From positions 7,356-71,355 of the forward strand of contig RQSC01001240.1 of the NCBI GenBank assembly GCA_013416795.1: a stretch of DNA of 64,000 nucleotides. Reading direction: 5' to 3'. The DNA is from Prasinococcaceae sp. CCMP 1430. Taxonomy: Eukaryota > Plantae > Prasinodermophyta. Below are positions 44,786-56,858 of the stretch, one piece after another. The position numbers and the translations under genes are program-made. The notes below the pieces were generated by a model. The model saw only the letters and a program-made list of their open reading frames with translations. It was not told the DNA's origin and made no database searches. The stretch's first letter is position 1. Each line of letters opens with the position of its first letter.

Positions 44786-45447
44786 TGCACTGCCCCTGGT
44801 ACGTGGACGTGGCACTCGCCGAGGATGCCCTCAGTGCCGTGACCACGATATCGCGACGCCAGGCGCGTGCTGCGGCCACCGGGTGTACAGGCTGGGAGCT
44901 CCTGTGTAGTGACTTGAAATGTCTGCGGTCTGCGTCAGCTGTCTGCTCGTGGCTCCGCACACCATGTGGTCAGCCAGCGGCGCGGTGGGCGCGCGCGCGG
45001 TCGCGCAGGCGATGGGCCTGCCGCTCAGTGGCAGGTGGGCAGTGGCAGGCGAGTGCGCGCGAGACACAGGGCGCCCCACACCGCTGTGGCCCTGCGCTGG
45101 CAATTTGGCCGCACGTCGAACCATTCCGCGACAGCGCAGCGGGCGGCTGCCGCGACGCGCGCCGGCGTCCCTCGCCCTATGGCCCCGCCCCGACCTTCCA
45201 CCCGCCCGCACCTGATCGCGCCTTGTGTGCTGGTGGCGCGCGGTGGCTCGCAGTGGCGCTCGGCGGCGCGTGGGCAGCGGCGTACACCGGGTAGCTGCGC
45301 GTGCGCGGTGTGGGGCGCGGCGGGCGCGCGTTTTCCTCCTGCGCGTCCGCAAACTCACTTTTCCCTGCGCTGCGTGCACGGGGGGGCTGCGCTGGGGTCC
45401 AAAAGTCGCCTGAACGTAAGTATTTACACAATGGTGCCGACTGCGGA

Positions 45448-46503
45448 TCATCCCGGCGCACCTCTGCGCGGCTGCCACCTCCGCTCGCTCATGCACACGC
45501 CGCAGTACCAGGCCTCCTCAGGCACGTGATCGAGGCCCACGCACGCGACGTGCGCGGCGCCGGCCTCGCACCCGTCGCACAGCAGCAGCGATCCCTCGTG
45601 GCCACCCGATCCACAGATCGAGCACACGACCTGATCCAGGTTGAGCAGCTGCGCGGCTTCAATGGGCTGCCCAGCGGCTTGCAGTTGCGCGGCCTCGGCG
45701 GCCGCCGCCTCGGCATCCCAGACCACCTGGTCGCGGTCGACGAGTGCGACGCCGTCGAGGGAGCTCACGCGTACGCGGCACACCGGGCAGGTGTTCTGAC
45801 GCCGCAGCCACTCGTGTGCGCATCGGCGGTGGAACGAGTGGCCGCAAACCGGCAACGTCGAGACCAGCGACGAGGAGGACGAGCGCGTCGTTCTGCGGTC
45901 GCCTGGCTGCACGGCTGCGTGCGCGCCGCCGCCCGCGCCCACGCTGACGCCGGCGTCGTCGCGCTCAATGGCCTCGAAGCAGACAGCGCAGACGCTGTTG
46001 TCGGCGGTATCCCTGTCGAAGTGCGCGCTGCTCTTCTTCGGGGAGGCGGGCGGCGCGAGCGCGCGTTTTGGTCGTTTGGCGGGTCGCCACTGGCCGCTCG
46101 CGCGTACCCTCGTCGCTGCGCGCGGGCGCTGCGCTGCGTCGCCTCGCGGGGCCATCTTGCCGCCGCTGTCGTGCTCCCTCTCGTTCGGTTCCTCCTCCTC
46201 TTCGTCGTCGATGATCCTGATGTGGTCGCTCTCGCTACTGGTGGGCGTCGGGTAGCGCGCTGGCACACGCGTTTCCGCCTGCTTCTGCGCATGTGTCGAG
46301 CGGCGATCGCTGCCGAGCGGCGGCTGCGGCCCCGACGGCCGTCCGCGCGGCCGCAGGTGCGCGCCGCAGGCGCCGCCGACGACGGCCGCATCGCCGAAGG
46401 TTTGCGCATAGAGGGCGCTGAAGGCGACCCGGATCTCGTTGGCGTCCGGCTGAGAGCTCTCCCCCGTCCAAGCCGAGTGCGGCGCGCGGCCCCGTCGCGT
46501 CAT
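45448..46503 (-). CDS. RING + PHD finger protein (PHRF1-like)
   Basis: RING CAVC...CGHSFHRRC..EW.RRQNTCPVCR; PHD CSIC...LLLCDGC...HVACVGL..VP...WYC..C. Confidence 0.9.
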   Translation of the reverse strand: MTRRGRAPHSAWTGESSQPDANEIRVAFSALYAQTFGDAAVVGGACGAHLRPRGRPSGPQPPLGSDRRSTHAQKQAETRVPARYPTPTSSESDHIRIIDDEEEEEPNEREHDSGGKMAPRGDAAQRPRAATRVRASGQWRPAKRPKRALAPPASPKKSSAHFDRDTADNSVCAVCFEAIERDDAGVSVGAGGGAHAAVQPGDRRTTRSSSSSLVSTLPVCGHSFHRRCAHEWLRRQNTCPVCRVRVSSLDGVALVDRDQVVWDAEAAAAEAAQLQAAGQPIEAAQLLNLDQVVCSICGSGGHEGSLLLCDGCEAGAAHVACVGLDHVPEEAWYCGVCMSERRWQPRRGAPG

Positions 46504-46999
46504 GGTCGACGCGGCCGTCGGCGTCGCCGGTGCGCCGTACGCTACTTTTCCCGCCGCCGCCGCCGCCGCGGGGGCGGTCGCCGCCGCCGCCGCGGGGCGC
46601 GCACCCTGGCTGNCACCCGCACACCCGCCCTCTCCCCGCCACCCTGTCGTCGTCGCCCCGCGCGCGCGGGCGGGGCGCCGCGCAGACCGCGCTTTCCCGC
46701 CAAGACCAACCGAACGCAACCGCACCAAACCCAATCCATATCCCACACACAAACCACACCACACCACACCACATCATCGAAAGGTCCTGATGAGAGAAAG
46801 AGAGACCGCCAAAGTAGATTACGTAGCAAAACGGGAGCGCGCATCGCATCGCGCGCCGCTCCCTCTCCGCACGGCCTCGCTCGATCGACCTCTCGCCTCG
46901 ACCTCGACCTCGACCGCGACCTCGCTTCGCCGCTGCGCTGCGCTGCGCTGCGCCCGACCCACCGAGGGGGGGGTGCATGTGGCATGAGCGCGCGCGCCA

Positions 47000-49550
47000 A
47001 TGCCCAATGCCAATGGACGGGGCGGCGCCTCCGCTCCGGCTTGGACGAAACGGTTGTGTGTGTCTTGTCTGTTTGTGTGCTTGTCTGTGTGCTTGTTTGT
47101 CTGCCTCTCTGTGCGTTCGTGTGTTCGCGTTGGGCGGAGCCAGTGGGCGGACGGCGCACCCGTTCCCCGGGCGCGGCGGTGCCCGCGAGACGGAGCGCCG
47201 GCCGGCCGCGCACCGGAGGGGTCGCGAGCGCACGCGCCACACGCACGCCTCGCCCCGCACGCGAGCGCGCCCGCGCGCGTGAGAGCGCTGCTGGCGCTCG
47301 CGCTGTGGGGGGCGCTGCTGGCGACGTCCGCCGTCGGCGCGGGGGTGGAGTGCGCCGAGCCCGGCGCGGGTGACGGCGGCGCACCGACACGAGTGGGGGG
47401 GACGAGCGACGGCGGCGCGCCCCGCTCGCTATTGGGGATTCCAGATGAGGGCACCGGCGAGCACGCGAAGCTGTTCGGCCCCGCCGACTATCCCACTGAC
47501 GAGGACGCCAAGCTGGCGCTGTGCCGGTGCGCGGGCTTCTGGATGCGCGCGCGCACCTCCAAGAGCCTCCGCGACAGCGGCTACCCCGAGGCGGTCGCCG
47601 ACTGGGCGGCGTCACGGAGCGCGCTCCGGCTCGCCGAGGACTGCGAGTCCGTCCTCGCGCGCCCACCCGCGTCGTCGCCGCCGCCCGCGGGCATCTTCAA
47701 CGCGAAGCACGTAAACGCAGGCTACATCGCCGCCGCCGAGATGTGCGCGAGCGGATGGGAGTGGCAGGACTTGGAGGCCCTCGAACAAGCCCAGGCCGTC
47801 GACCCGGAGTCGAAAGCGCGCACGGTGCGTCGCGCAGCTCCGCACAGCCCCGCGCCTGCCGCAGATGCACAGAGGAGTGAGTGCAAGGATCCCGCAGCGC
47901 AGACGCTGCGACGGTGCGCTCGCGCGCGCGGTCCTGCCGCCATTCAATGCGCGCCGCTGTGCTGACCGCCTCGCGCCGCGCGCTGTGGCCCCGTTTTTCC
48001 CATCGCCATTCTGCGACTGACGACCCCTCCGCACGTCGTAGCGCACGCTGGCGTGGACGACGCATCCCAAGGGCGTATCGCACGCACTGCTGTCGCCGAC
48101 GCACGACCTCGTGAACATGCTCCCCGAGACCATGCTCACCTCCAAAGACACGCTCGCCAGCACGCTGAGGCGCTTCGGCGAGCGACGCGGCGCCGCATGC
48201 GCCGCGGGCCTGCAAGAGCACCTAGTCCCGCAGACCTTCGTGCTCTCCGATCCGGCGCAGTGTGCTGCGTTCGCATCGGCCGCGCGCGCCAACGTCGGCG
48301 CCATGTGGATCCTCAAGCCCGCGCAAGGGTCCCAAGGGAAGGGGCTGGCGGTGTGGCGGAGCGAGGGTGAGCTGGACGAGGTGACGGCTCTCTTCATCGA
48401 AGGCAATCGGTGCCCAGCGACGGCGAGGGGGGTCGCGCAGCGCTACATAGCGGAGCCGCTCCTCCTTGGCGGCAAAAAGTTTGACTTGCGCATGTATGCG
48501 GTCGTAGTGAGCGTCGAGCCGCTCATAGCGTACTACGCGCGCGGGCACGCACGCGTGGCGCTCGCCGACTACGATCCTGAAAGCTATGACAGAGGGGCTC
48601 ACCTCACCAACACCCACGTTGCGAGGCAAGGCGAGGCTTGGAGTGAGGTGCGGCCTATGGGCGCGTTGCGAAGCCAGCGAGTGCGTGATCGGGAAGGATC
48701 TCTCCCGACGCACCCACCGAAGTTTTTGCACTGGCGGCCGCGTTCGATGTCAGTTGCTGACGCCCCATCGATGTCACCGCTGCGCTCCTTCCGACGTCCC
48801 CGCGCTCAACGGCGGGCCCTTTGCCTCCGCAACACGCTCACATAGACCAACGAGGATCACGCATGGAGCTTACAGCGATTGCTCGACTTCCTGCATTCGA
48901 TTGATACCGATGGGCGGCACAAGGCGTTGGCTGGAAGCCTCGAGGCACGCATTCGAACGATGGCGGCGACGGCGATCTTGGCAGGCAAGGAGACGTGGGA
49001 TCTGGACAAGAAGGACGGGGCCTACTTTCAGGGTAAGCTTCAGTACATGCGCCGCGTCATATGGCCGCCCGACCCGCGTCCCGAGCGTCCACAGCGCTCG
49101 CGCTGCCCTCTCCAGCTCGCTGACACGAACGCGGGATGTCCCACGAATGCGCGCACCATGCCGTGTCGCTGCTTCTACGCCCACCTCAAACACCGCATGC
49201 ACTTGACGCTCGCAGTTATCGGCTTTGACTTCATGATCGATAGCGACTTGCGGCTGTGGCTAATCGAAGGCAACAAGAACCCACTCTTCTTCCCATCGAG
49301 CCAATCCAAGGAAACCACGACGCCCTCGTTGGTGCGCCACACGCTGAGGACGGTGCTCGCGCTGGCGGACGCGCGCATTGAGGGTAAAGATGCCAGCATC
49401 GCGCTCGCCGGCCACTTCAATGGTACGCTGCAGCCCCTCATCGACAACGGGCATTCTCTGGCGGGGCTCATAAGAGGGTGCGGCGAGCAACCGTTGCATG
49501 AGATTGCCGCAGAGGGCGTTGAGGGCAGCGCAGGGCAGGGCGGAGCATGA
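47000..49550 (+). CDS. Tubulin-tyrosine-ligase-like ATP-grasp protein with N-terminal signal/anchor; several introns (e.g. ~47825-48040, ~48647-48840, ~49033-49214)
   Basis: TSKDTL, PQTFVL, WILKPAQGSQGKG, VAQRYIAEPLLLGGKKFDLRMY, HLTN, GFDFMID, WLIEGN.NP. Upstream hydrophobic ALLALALWGALLATSAVGAG. Start codon uncertain. Confidence 0.85.
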
Positions 49551-49653
49551 AAGGCCTTCTCTTGCAACAGTACGTAATATTATTCCAACGCCGCAAGTCG
49601 ACCCCAAAAGCGAGCACGCATGCTGCGCGTGCGCCATGGGGGTGCAACCGCGC

Positions 49654-52139
49654 TTATTCGGCACCCATGAGCATGAGCACCGCCCTATCGGCATCGCCCG
49701 CGCACATTTGCAGCGCATCTCGAGCCTGTAGTCGATCAAATCCCATGTCGAGGAGTCCAGGGAGGGCTGCATGGGCGGCATCCTTGGCGGCTTGACAAGC
49801 AGGGCGTTCGCATTGCTCTGCGACGCCGTCCATACCGTCGTCTATGGGTACGCTGTGCGTTCTCAATGAGGCCTCGTGACGCCCCGGACTGTCGTCCGAC
49901 GCGGCGTCGCCGCCCATACCAGCCGCAGCTTCGTGGGCAGCTGAGCCAGCGCCATCGACCTCCATGGCCGCCTTTCCCATCGACATCGACGAGGGCGACC
50001 GTGACAGCACCTTTCGGGAGTCGCTGGTCACGCCATCGAGGTCGCTGTCGCGCGCACGCTTGCTCGTACCGGCACAACCAGTGGGCAGTGTCCTCTCCTT
50101 GGATATGCTGATGACCTTCATGGGCGTCACTGCATACGGCGCGAACGGTTGCCGGTGCTTGGGGTGCAGAGCATTCATCAAATCGCTCTCGATGAAGTTG
50201 AAGAGGTGAACGCAGCGCTGGTCGCACCCCTTCGTGAGATTGAGGAGAAGCTGCCGAAGGTTGTTGAGGTCGATGGGCCCCTCCTGTGGCGCGTCGCCTG
50301 CATCGCTCGCAGCTCCAGGAGTACATTTGCTCTTGGCCTTGGCCTTGTCCCCTGGCGTGCCCTTGTCCAGCCGCTTGGTCTTCTTCTCTGCCCCGGCGCA
50401 AGTGGCACCTTTCGAGCCCTCCTTGAGCTCAGGAACAATCTCACCGGGCTGCGCCTCGAGAAGGCCGCTGAGTCTCTCGACGGCGGCCTCCATCTGCTCG
50501 CGCGCATCATCGAACAGGTCCTGGACGCGCCGTTTGTCCCCATCGGCCATGGACGGGTCGCCGAAGTCACCGAAGGCGTAGAAAGCGAAGCAATACGCGC
50601 GCGCGAGCACGCGCCTGCTGCGAAAGAGCTGCTCGAGCCCCCCCCGAAGCCACGACAAATCGACCAAATGCGCCACGTCGCAGACAATGCCGCGGTCGCC
50701 AACACCGAGGCTTCCACTTTTGCCCCCGCTCCCCCCAGCGGCGCTACTTCCAACGGAGCACGACAGCCGCCCCGTCTCTGCGCTCAGCTCGATCGCTGCG
50801 ATTCGCCTTTCCAGCGCCGACTTGAGCTCCTCCTCCTTGTTCGCCGAGTCCATGTGGAGCTTGAAGCGATTGAAGAAGTGAAGGTAGCGTTTGTGCTGCT
50901 TGGCAGCGCTCTTCTCGCGCTGCTCCGCTTCTTCGCGGTATCGGCCACACGTGTGTCCTGATATGGAATTCCACGTGTGCGCGCTCCCGGTTTCCTGGCC
51001 GCACAGCCAGCACATATACGCACCGCATTTGCAGCGCACCTGGTTGCATCCGCCGTTCTTCTCCACGCTCGCCGAACACCGTGGGCAGGGCTTCGTGTGC
51101 GCGGCGAGCCAGGTGTGCGTCTCCGACTCGTCGCTGTTCTTGCGCTCCCACGCATCCCACATCTCGCAGGTCGCCGGCGCGTGTGGGACACTCCGACATC
51201 GGAAACAGAATGTCGTCCCACACGCGCAGCGAGGCTCTCCAACTGCGGATGCATCCAAGCCGGCCGGCGCGCGCACCGCCCTGCCACAGTGCGGCACGGA
51301 GGGGCACCATGCCATGCGCGGATTGTCGTCAACATACGACTCGGCCAGCGCTCGCTCAAAGCGCGTGAGAGCCAGCGGATCCCTGCGGCGAAGGATGCGC
51401 CTCACGGCGCGTTCGTCCACCGCAGCCGTACAGTCGGGTGCCATGCAGCTCAGTCGGCGACTCTGGCCCTCCGCGATGCGCGAGCGAAAATGGCCAGCCC
51501 AGCAGCTGTCGCAGAATGCGTGTTCGCAGCCCAGCCTCGTGGCCTGTGACGGCGGAACGTCGTCGAAGCACACCATGCACGAAACAGTGGCGCCGTCGCC
51601 GTCAAGTGTGCGCTCCTTCCGTAAGGGCGCGATGAAGAGGCCAGCATCGTCGAACAGTGCCTCGGGGCCGCGGTCGGTAAAGCCAGCGAGCACGTGCTGC
51701 TCGTTTGCGGGATGCGCGTGCACATTTTTCGTATGCGCGAGCGCGCGCGCGTGTGCGCGCGTGTGTCGCAGGTCGTCAGCACTCATTGGTCATACCGCGC
51801 GCGCAGCTCTTGATGGGATGGCGCACTGCGCACCTCGATGTTCCACCGGTGCTTCATCAGCAGCGTGCGCGCTTGCCACGTCTCGACGCCGAGCACATCC
51901 ACGAGTGCGCGCATTTCCTCGTCAGCCGCGGACGCGAGAGCGTCCGCTGGCACGACTTCGTACGGCGCCGAATCCATGGCTGCGCCATTCGTGGCACCAG
52001 CGGCCGCACTGCCAGGGCCGTCTCCAGCCATTCCACCGACGTCGATTCCATCCATGAGGCTGCCGTCGTCGCTGTAGAAACTGCAGTCGGAGGGGTCTTC
52101 GCCCCACCCGCTGCTGTCGTCATCGCCGCCGCCCGCCAT
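49654..52139 (-). CDS. Ariadne-type RBR E3 ubiquitin ligase with C-terminal UBA; intron near 51847-51710
   Basis: Acidic N-terminus and ARTLLMKHRWNIE; RING1 CMVC...CEHAFC..CW; IBR WCPSVPHC...CACG..FC..C...HAP..C; RING2 KPCPRC...KNGGCNQV.C.CG..MCWLC; Ariadne domain; UBA LLDMGF...A..AL....GD.DRAV. Confidence 0.95.
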
Positions 52140-52459
52140 CGCGCCCGCAGCGGGTCACCCGCACGGTCCGCGCGCAGACGCCACAAGGGGGCGCGGGCGA
52201 GGACGGAGCAAGCTGTTGGAGAGGCCCTACGTCGCGGTCGTCGTGGCAACCAACCCAGCCAGTGCACGCGGCGGTCGGGCCCTTGTCCCCACCGCCCTCC
52301 GCACCCCCTCCACTGCCTCCACCCCCTACACCCACCCACACCAAAAAAAAACGGGTGCGGGGGGGCAACCAAAGCACGCGCGCGCCGCCGCAGTCCCCGC
52401 CGCCAGCGTGGCGCCCGCGCCGCAACCGCCGGTCCGACCCCTCCGCCACCGCCGCGCCC

Positions 52460-52870
52460 GGCGCGGCGCGGCACAGGCGAAACGTGAGCGGCAGCGGCGT
52501 GCGCATGCACTCGCGCATCGCCGCCGCGTCAGCCGCGTCGCCGAGCACCGCGTCGTAGTACTGCCTGAAGAGCTCGGGGCCGAAGCCGCACTTGCGGAAC
52601 CAGAGCTCCGCCGCCTTGCTTGCTGTGCGCTGCGCGGCCTTGTGGGCGTTGCTCAGCGTGTTCACGCCGCCCTTGCCGACCCTGTCACCAGCGCGCTTCG
52701 CCTTGCCTCCCCGCTTCGCGCCGACGCCTTGCCCGAGCGCGGCATCGGCGCCGTCCGCACGCAGGCGCTTGCGTTGGTGGCCCTCCTGCTGAGGCACTCC
52801 ATCGCCGCTGTCGCCACCGCTCGCGGCGCCGCCACCCACGCGCACGACCTCGAAGCCCGCACCACCCCCT
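52460..52870 (-). CDS. N-terminal fragment of an NSUN2/Trm4-like RNA m5C methyltransferase
   Basis: FRQYYDAVL....AAMRECMRTPLPLTFRL matches the NSUN2/Trm4 N-terminus (F..YY......W..F.......LP.TFR). No catalytic motifs follow. Confidence 0.6.
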
Positions 52871-53053
52871 CCCTTCCCTCGCGCCGGACGCCCCCGCGCC
52901 CGCCTCGCTCGCTGCCTCGCTCGCCAGCGCTGCGCTGAGTGCCACTCTGAGTGGGAGCTGCCGACAGCGCGGACGAAAGCGACGGGAGCGAGCGCGGACC
53001 GAGCGCACACGAGATTCTCTGCGCGGGCTACGCATGCGTTTTGATAGGCCCAG

Positions 53054-53090
53054 TTCGGCTTCGGCTTCGGTTTCGGTTTCGGTTTCGGCT
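53054..53090. repeat. (TTCGGY)n hexamer tandem repeat, about 6 units
   Basis: TTCGGC TTCGGC TTCGGT TTCGGT TTCGGT TTCGGC read directly. Confidence 0.9.
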
Positions 53091-53402
53091 TTGCCGTGGG
53101 GCGTGCGCGCGCGGCTGCGCTGGCGGCGGGCGCTGCCTCGTTGGAGCGGCCTCCGATGCGACCCGGCGCGTCGGTCGGCGCGCCGGCCCCACGCGGCGGG
53201 GGCGGGCGGCGCGCGCAGCCGAGGCGGGAGAAAAGCTGCAAGCGAGCGCAATTGAGTGTGCAAACGGTCGGCCAACGCCCGTGCGCCGCACAAGATTGAA
53301 CCGAGCCGTGGCGCTGTCCCTTGCAAAAAGTCGCACCCTTGACACGCCGACGAGGGAAGAGCTGCTCGGAGCTCGCACTCTACTTTGTGTGTGGCTACGC
53401 GG

Positions 53403-56169
53403 CTAGGCTGGAGGGCTCGAGACGACCACGCGGCCATCGGCGGTGGCGCTGAGCGCGAGCGCGCTGGCGTGGTGCCAGTCGACGCTCGTGCAGCCGGCGG
53501 CATGGTAGAGCAGCGCACCGCGGGCGCCGCCGCTGCGTGCATCCACAAGCGGCGCGCAGGCGGCGCGCGACGTCATGAGCAGCAGCGGCGCACCACTGAC
53601 ACCGCCGTCGAGCCCGCGCGCCCATGCCATCTCGGGTGGCCGCTGCGTGCCGTCAATCGAACTCATGGCGCAGCCCAGTGGCGCCACCAAAGCCCGCGAA
53701 GTCACGCACGCGCCGCCACCAATAGCGCCCGAAGCACTGCCGCCGTCAAACACTCCACCGGCGACGCTTGTGCTGACGTTGCTGCCCATCCGCACGTCCC
53801 ATTCGAGGAGCTCCCCGTCAGTCGTGAGCACATGCAAAACGTCCGCGCTCTCACCGAAGCGCACGCATACGCCCGAACCAGTGCAACCTGCCGCGCCGCA
53901 GTCCAGCACGCCGCAGAAGGCACGAGAGCTCGCGTCAAATAGCCGCACGAGGCTGTCGTCTGATGCCACCGCGGCGAGCTTGCCGTCGACAGGCGACAGC
54001 CGCACAGAGCTGACACCAGGCGCGTCGTTGCCCAAGGGAAGTGTATGCAGCCTCTTGAGCGTGCTCGCCGACCACAGCGTCACCACACCACGCCTCCCGG
54101 AGCGCATTGCCGTGGGGCCCGGCAATGAGCAAGCGGCCGACACGAAGCACGGCTCGGCCGCCGACGGGCTCAGGTGCAGGTCGCACACGTATGGCGTGGC
54201 GGCGTCCACCGAGAGATCGCCCATGATACGCCGCGTGTCGGCGTTCCATGCCTTGATGGAGCGCTCGGCGGTGCCTAGCAGCAGGAGTCGATCGCCGCTC
54301 GACTCCCAGGCAAGTGAGAGTACGTCTGCGCCGCAATAGATGGTGGCGTTGCGGTCTGTCGAATCGTCGCCGATCGTCCACACGCGCGCGCTCTTGTCTG
54401 CGGAGGCGCTCGCGGCCGCCGCACCGCCGCCGGAGAGCCGACAGCATCGCGCAGCAGCAGAGTGCCCGCTGAAAACGCTGCGTCTCACGAAGCAGACACC
54501 ATCCGATGGAATGGAATCTACCCAGTCGGGGAGTCCCTCAGGCACGATACCATCCTCCCCCACCGTAACATTCTCGTAGGTCGGCACAGCTGCGGATGCA
54601 GACGGCGCGAATTTGTGGTAGGATTCATCAACCGCATGATTCAGGAGTGATGCATCACTCCCTTCGTCGCTGCCGCCCCCATCCTTGCTTGTGTTAGGGC
54701 CGCCTTCAGCGTGGCCTGTCTCGCCAGATGTCAGGCTTTCGACGTTCGTTTCCGGCGGGGAATCGCGAAGGCTACTCGCGATGAACGCTGCGTCTGCGTC
54801 GGCACCTGCACCGGCATGCGTTCCAGTTCTTGTGCCTGAAACCTGCGGAGTGCTTTCCCCTCCAGCGCCATCGACCGAGCCGACGGCGAATGGCACCGGC
54901 GATGGCAAGGAAGCATCCAGGGAAGAGCTTGACGCTCGGGGCGAGTCACCATCCGGCGCACCGCGTGGCAATGGTGTCGCGCGCGTCTCGATTGGTACGA
55001 GCGAAGTGCGCTGTGGCTGCGCGGGGGTGTGCACGTGCTCGTCCGTGAGCGGTTGCGCGTGCGACCCCGTCCCGGGTGTTTCGCTTCCATCGGGCCCATC
55101 CAAGCTCACGATGCGGCGCCGATGATGGTGGTGCATCGGAGCCTTCGCGCCACTGCCACTTGCGCGCGCCTCGCTCTGCGCTATGGTGCCGTTGCCGCTG
55201 TCTTTGGTGCCGCCGTCGCTGCCAGCGCTCGGCTGCGCCCCCCTGGGTGTTTCCAGCGAGCCACTCGACCCCTCCCCCATCCGTGCGAGGGAACTCGCAC
55301 GTGCGCCCCCGCCGCCGAAAGCACGCATGGCGGCACCGCCTTCGCCGCCCCCACGTTCGCTGGCGAGAGAAACCGCCCCCGCGGTGCTCGCGGCCCTGAG
55401 CTCAAGCATGCTTTTCAGGCGTGTCACCTCCGAACGCATGCCCTCGAGCTCCAGCTCCAGCGTTCTGCGGCGAACGCGCTCCACATTAAAACCGAGCACC
55501 GCCGGCGGGCGCACAGCTCCAAACACCTCGGTCAGGAGGTTGGTCAGGTCTGTTGCCAGCGCGTCGGTCCATGCGCGCGTGAAGTACGCACGGAATCGCG
55601 CATCGCGCGGCGCGTTGCTGCAGTATGGGAGCGAGAACCACGCCGCCCACTCGGCCGCGCCGCCCACCTCGGGCGAGAGAACCCCCTAAGCAAGCATAGA
55701 TCCAGTCAGACACAAGAGATAAAGTGGTTGTGGCGTGCAGTCCGCATGTCAGCGCTGACCCGCGCGCGCATGCGCCCGCTCGCGTGGGAACGGCCGTGAA
55801 CCGTGCTCTGGCGGGGGTGGGGCGTACCTGCAAGAAAGCGGTGAGCGCAGCCGTGTCCCCTGCGAACGCGCACATGCACATAAAGTGCTTTCGAAGCGCC
55901 GCCCAGAGCGCGGCGACGGCCTCGGCGAGCCGCTCGTCGAGCCTGGAGAAGAACCTCCTCTCTAGGAAACGCCACGTGTCGCAGAGCGCCGCGCGGTCGC
56001 GGCGTGCGCAGGCTGCGAGCAGCCGTTTTGCCACGCGGCGGGGCGGCGCCCCCGGCGGCGCGATGTCGGCGGCGAGAGCGGTGTCGAAGGATGCCAGGCA
56101 GCGGTCGAAGCCACGGAAGAGCAGGTACTCGCGAAAGAGCTCGTCCACATACTCGGTGCTTGACTCCAT
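53403..56169 (-). CDS. WDR91: WD repeat-containing protein 91-like; intron 55827-55686
   Basis: YVDELFREYLLFRGF (N-terminal motif), EWAAWFSLPY...FRAYF..AW...L...L.N.L, coiled coil, then C-terminal WD40 repeats (GHS...SASADKSARVW, TAERSIKAWN, SDDSLVRLFD). Confidence 0.9.
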
Positions 56170-56858
56170 CGCTCCCTCCCTCCGCGCCCCTCGGCTCCCG
56201 CGCCACCCCCGCTCTCGCTCCGTAGCGCGTGGGGCGCGGACGGACGCGCACACAGGCGCTCGGGGCGCAGCACGCGCGCGGCACGCGCGCGGCACGCGCG
56301 TGCGAGAGAGGTGCAGCGATGAAGGGGGGCAGAGGGCCGCGCCTGGTCGCCCTCCCCCTCCAGCGGGGGGGTGGGGGTGGGGGTGGGGGGGGCTCGCGTT
56401 GTGCCGCGCGCACGCAGAAGCGCCGTTCGTTTTCAACATTCAGGTTTTGATTTCGCAGGTTGCCAACCGACAAACGAGGCCTTGCACGGCGTGCGCGGCG
56501 CCTGATGTCCGCGGGGGCGCCACGCACCGTACCTCACACGACGGTGCGCGTGGTGCACGTCAGCAAGGGGGGGAGCCGAGTGCTCGGGCGCCGCACGCGG
56601 CGGCGCCGCATGCGTGCGCCTGCAAGCGCCACGCTCGCGGCCGTACCGCCACCGTTGGCACTGCTGCTGCTCGCGGGCTGGGCGCAGCGCAGACAGCCCA
56701 CCCGCATGATGGGCAGCCTCATGCGCAAAGAAGGGGATGAAGGACACAGGCGCGCGTGGGACCAGCGACGAAATAATTAATCTGGTCTAGCTCTACGTGA
56801 CACGGCTTTCCGCTGGCACGAGCGTCAGGGTGCGCGTCATCCACGCAGGAGCCAAGCC

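Noticed and set aside
45301-47373. Long Arg/Ala/Pro-rich ORFs such as 45301-47373, 58416-60494, 14102-15643 and 61705-63492
   Set aside because: They are shadow ORFs of very high GC, mostly antisense to real genes, with no domain motifs.
51020-51060. RING2 CNQV (no His after the catalytic Cys-Asn) as an inactive ligase
   Set aside because: The catalytic Cys is present, and plant ARI1/2-type proteins also lack this His.
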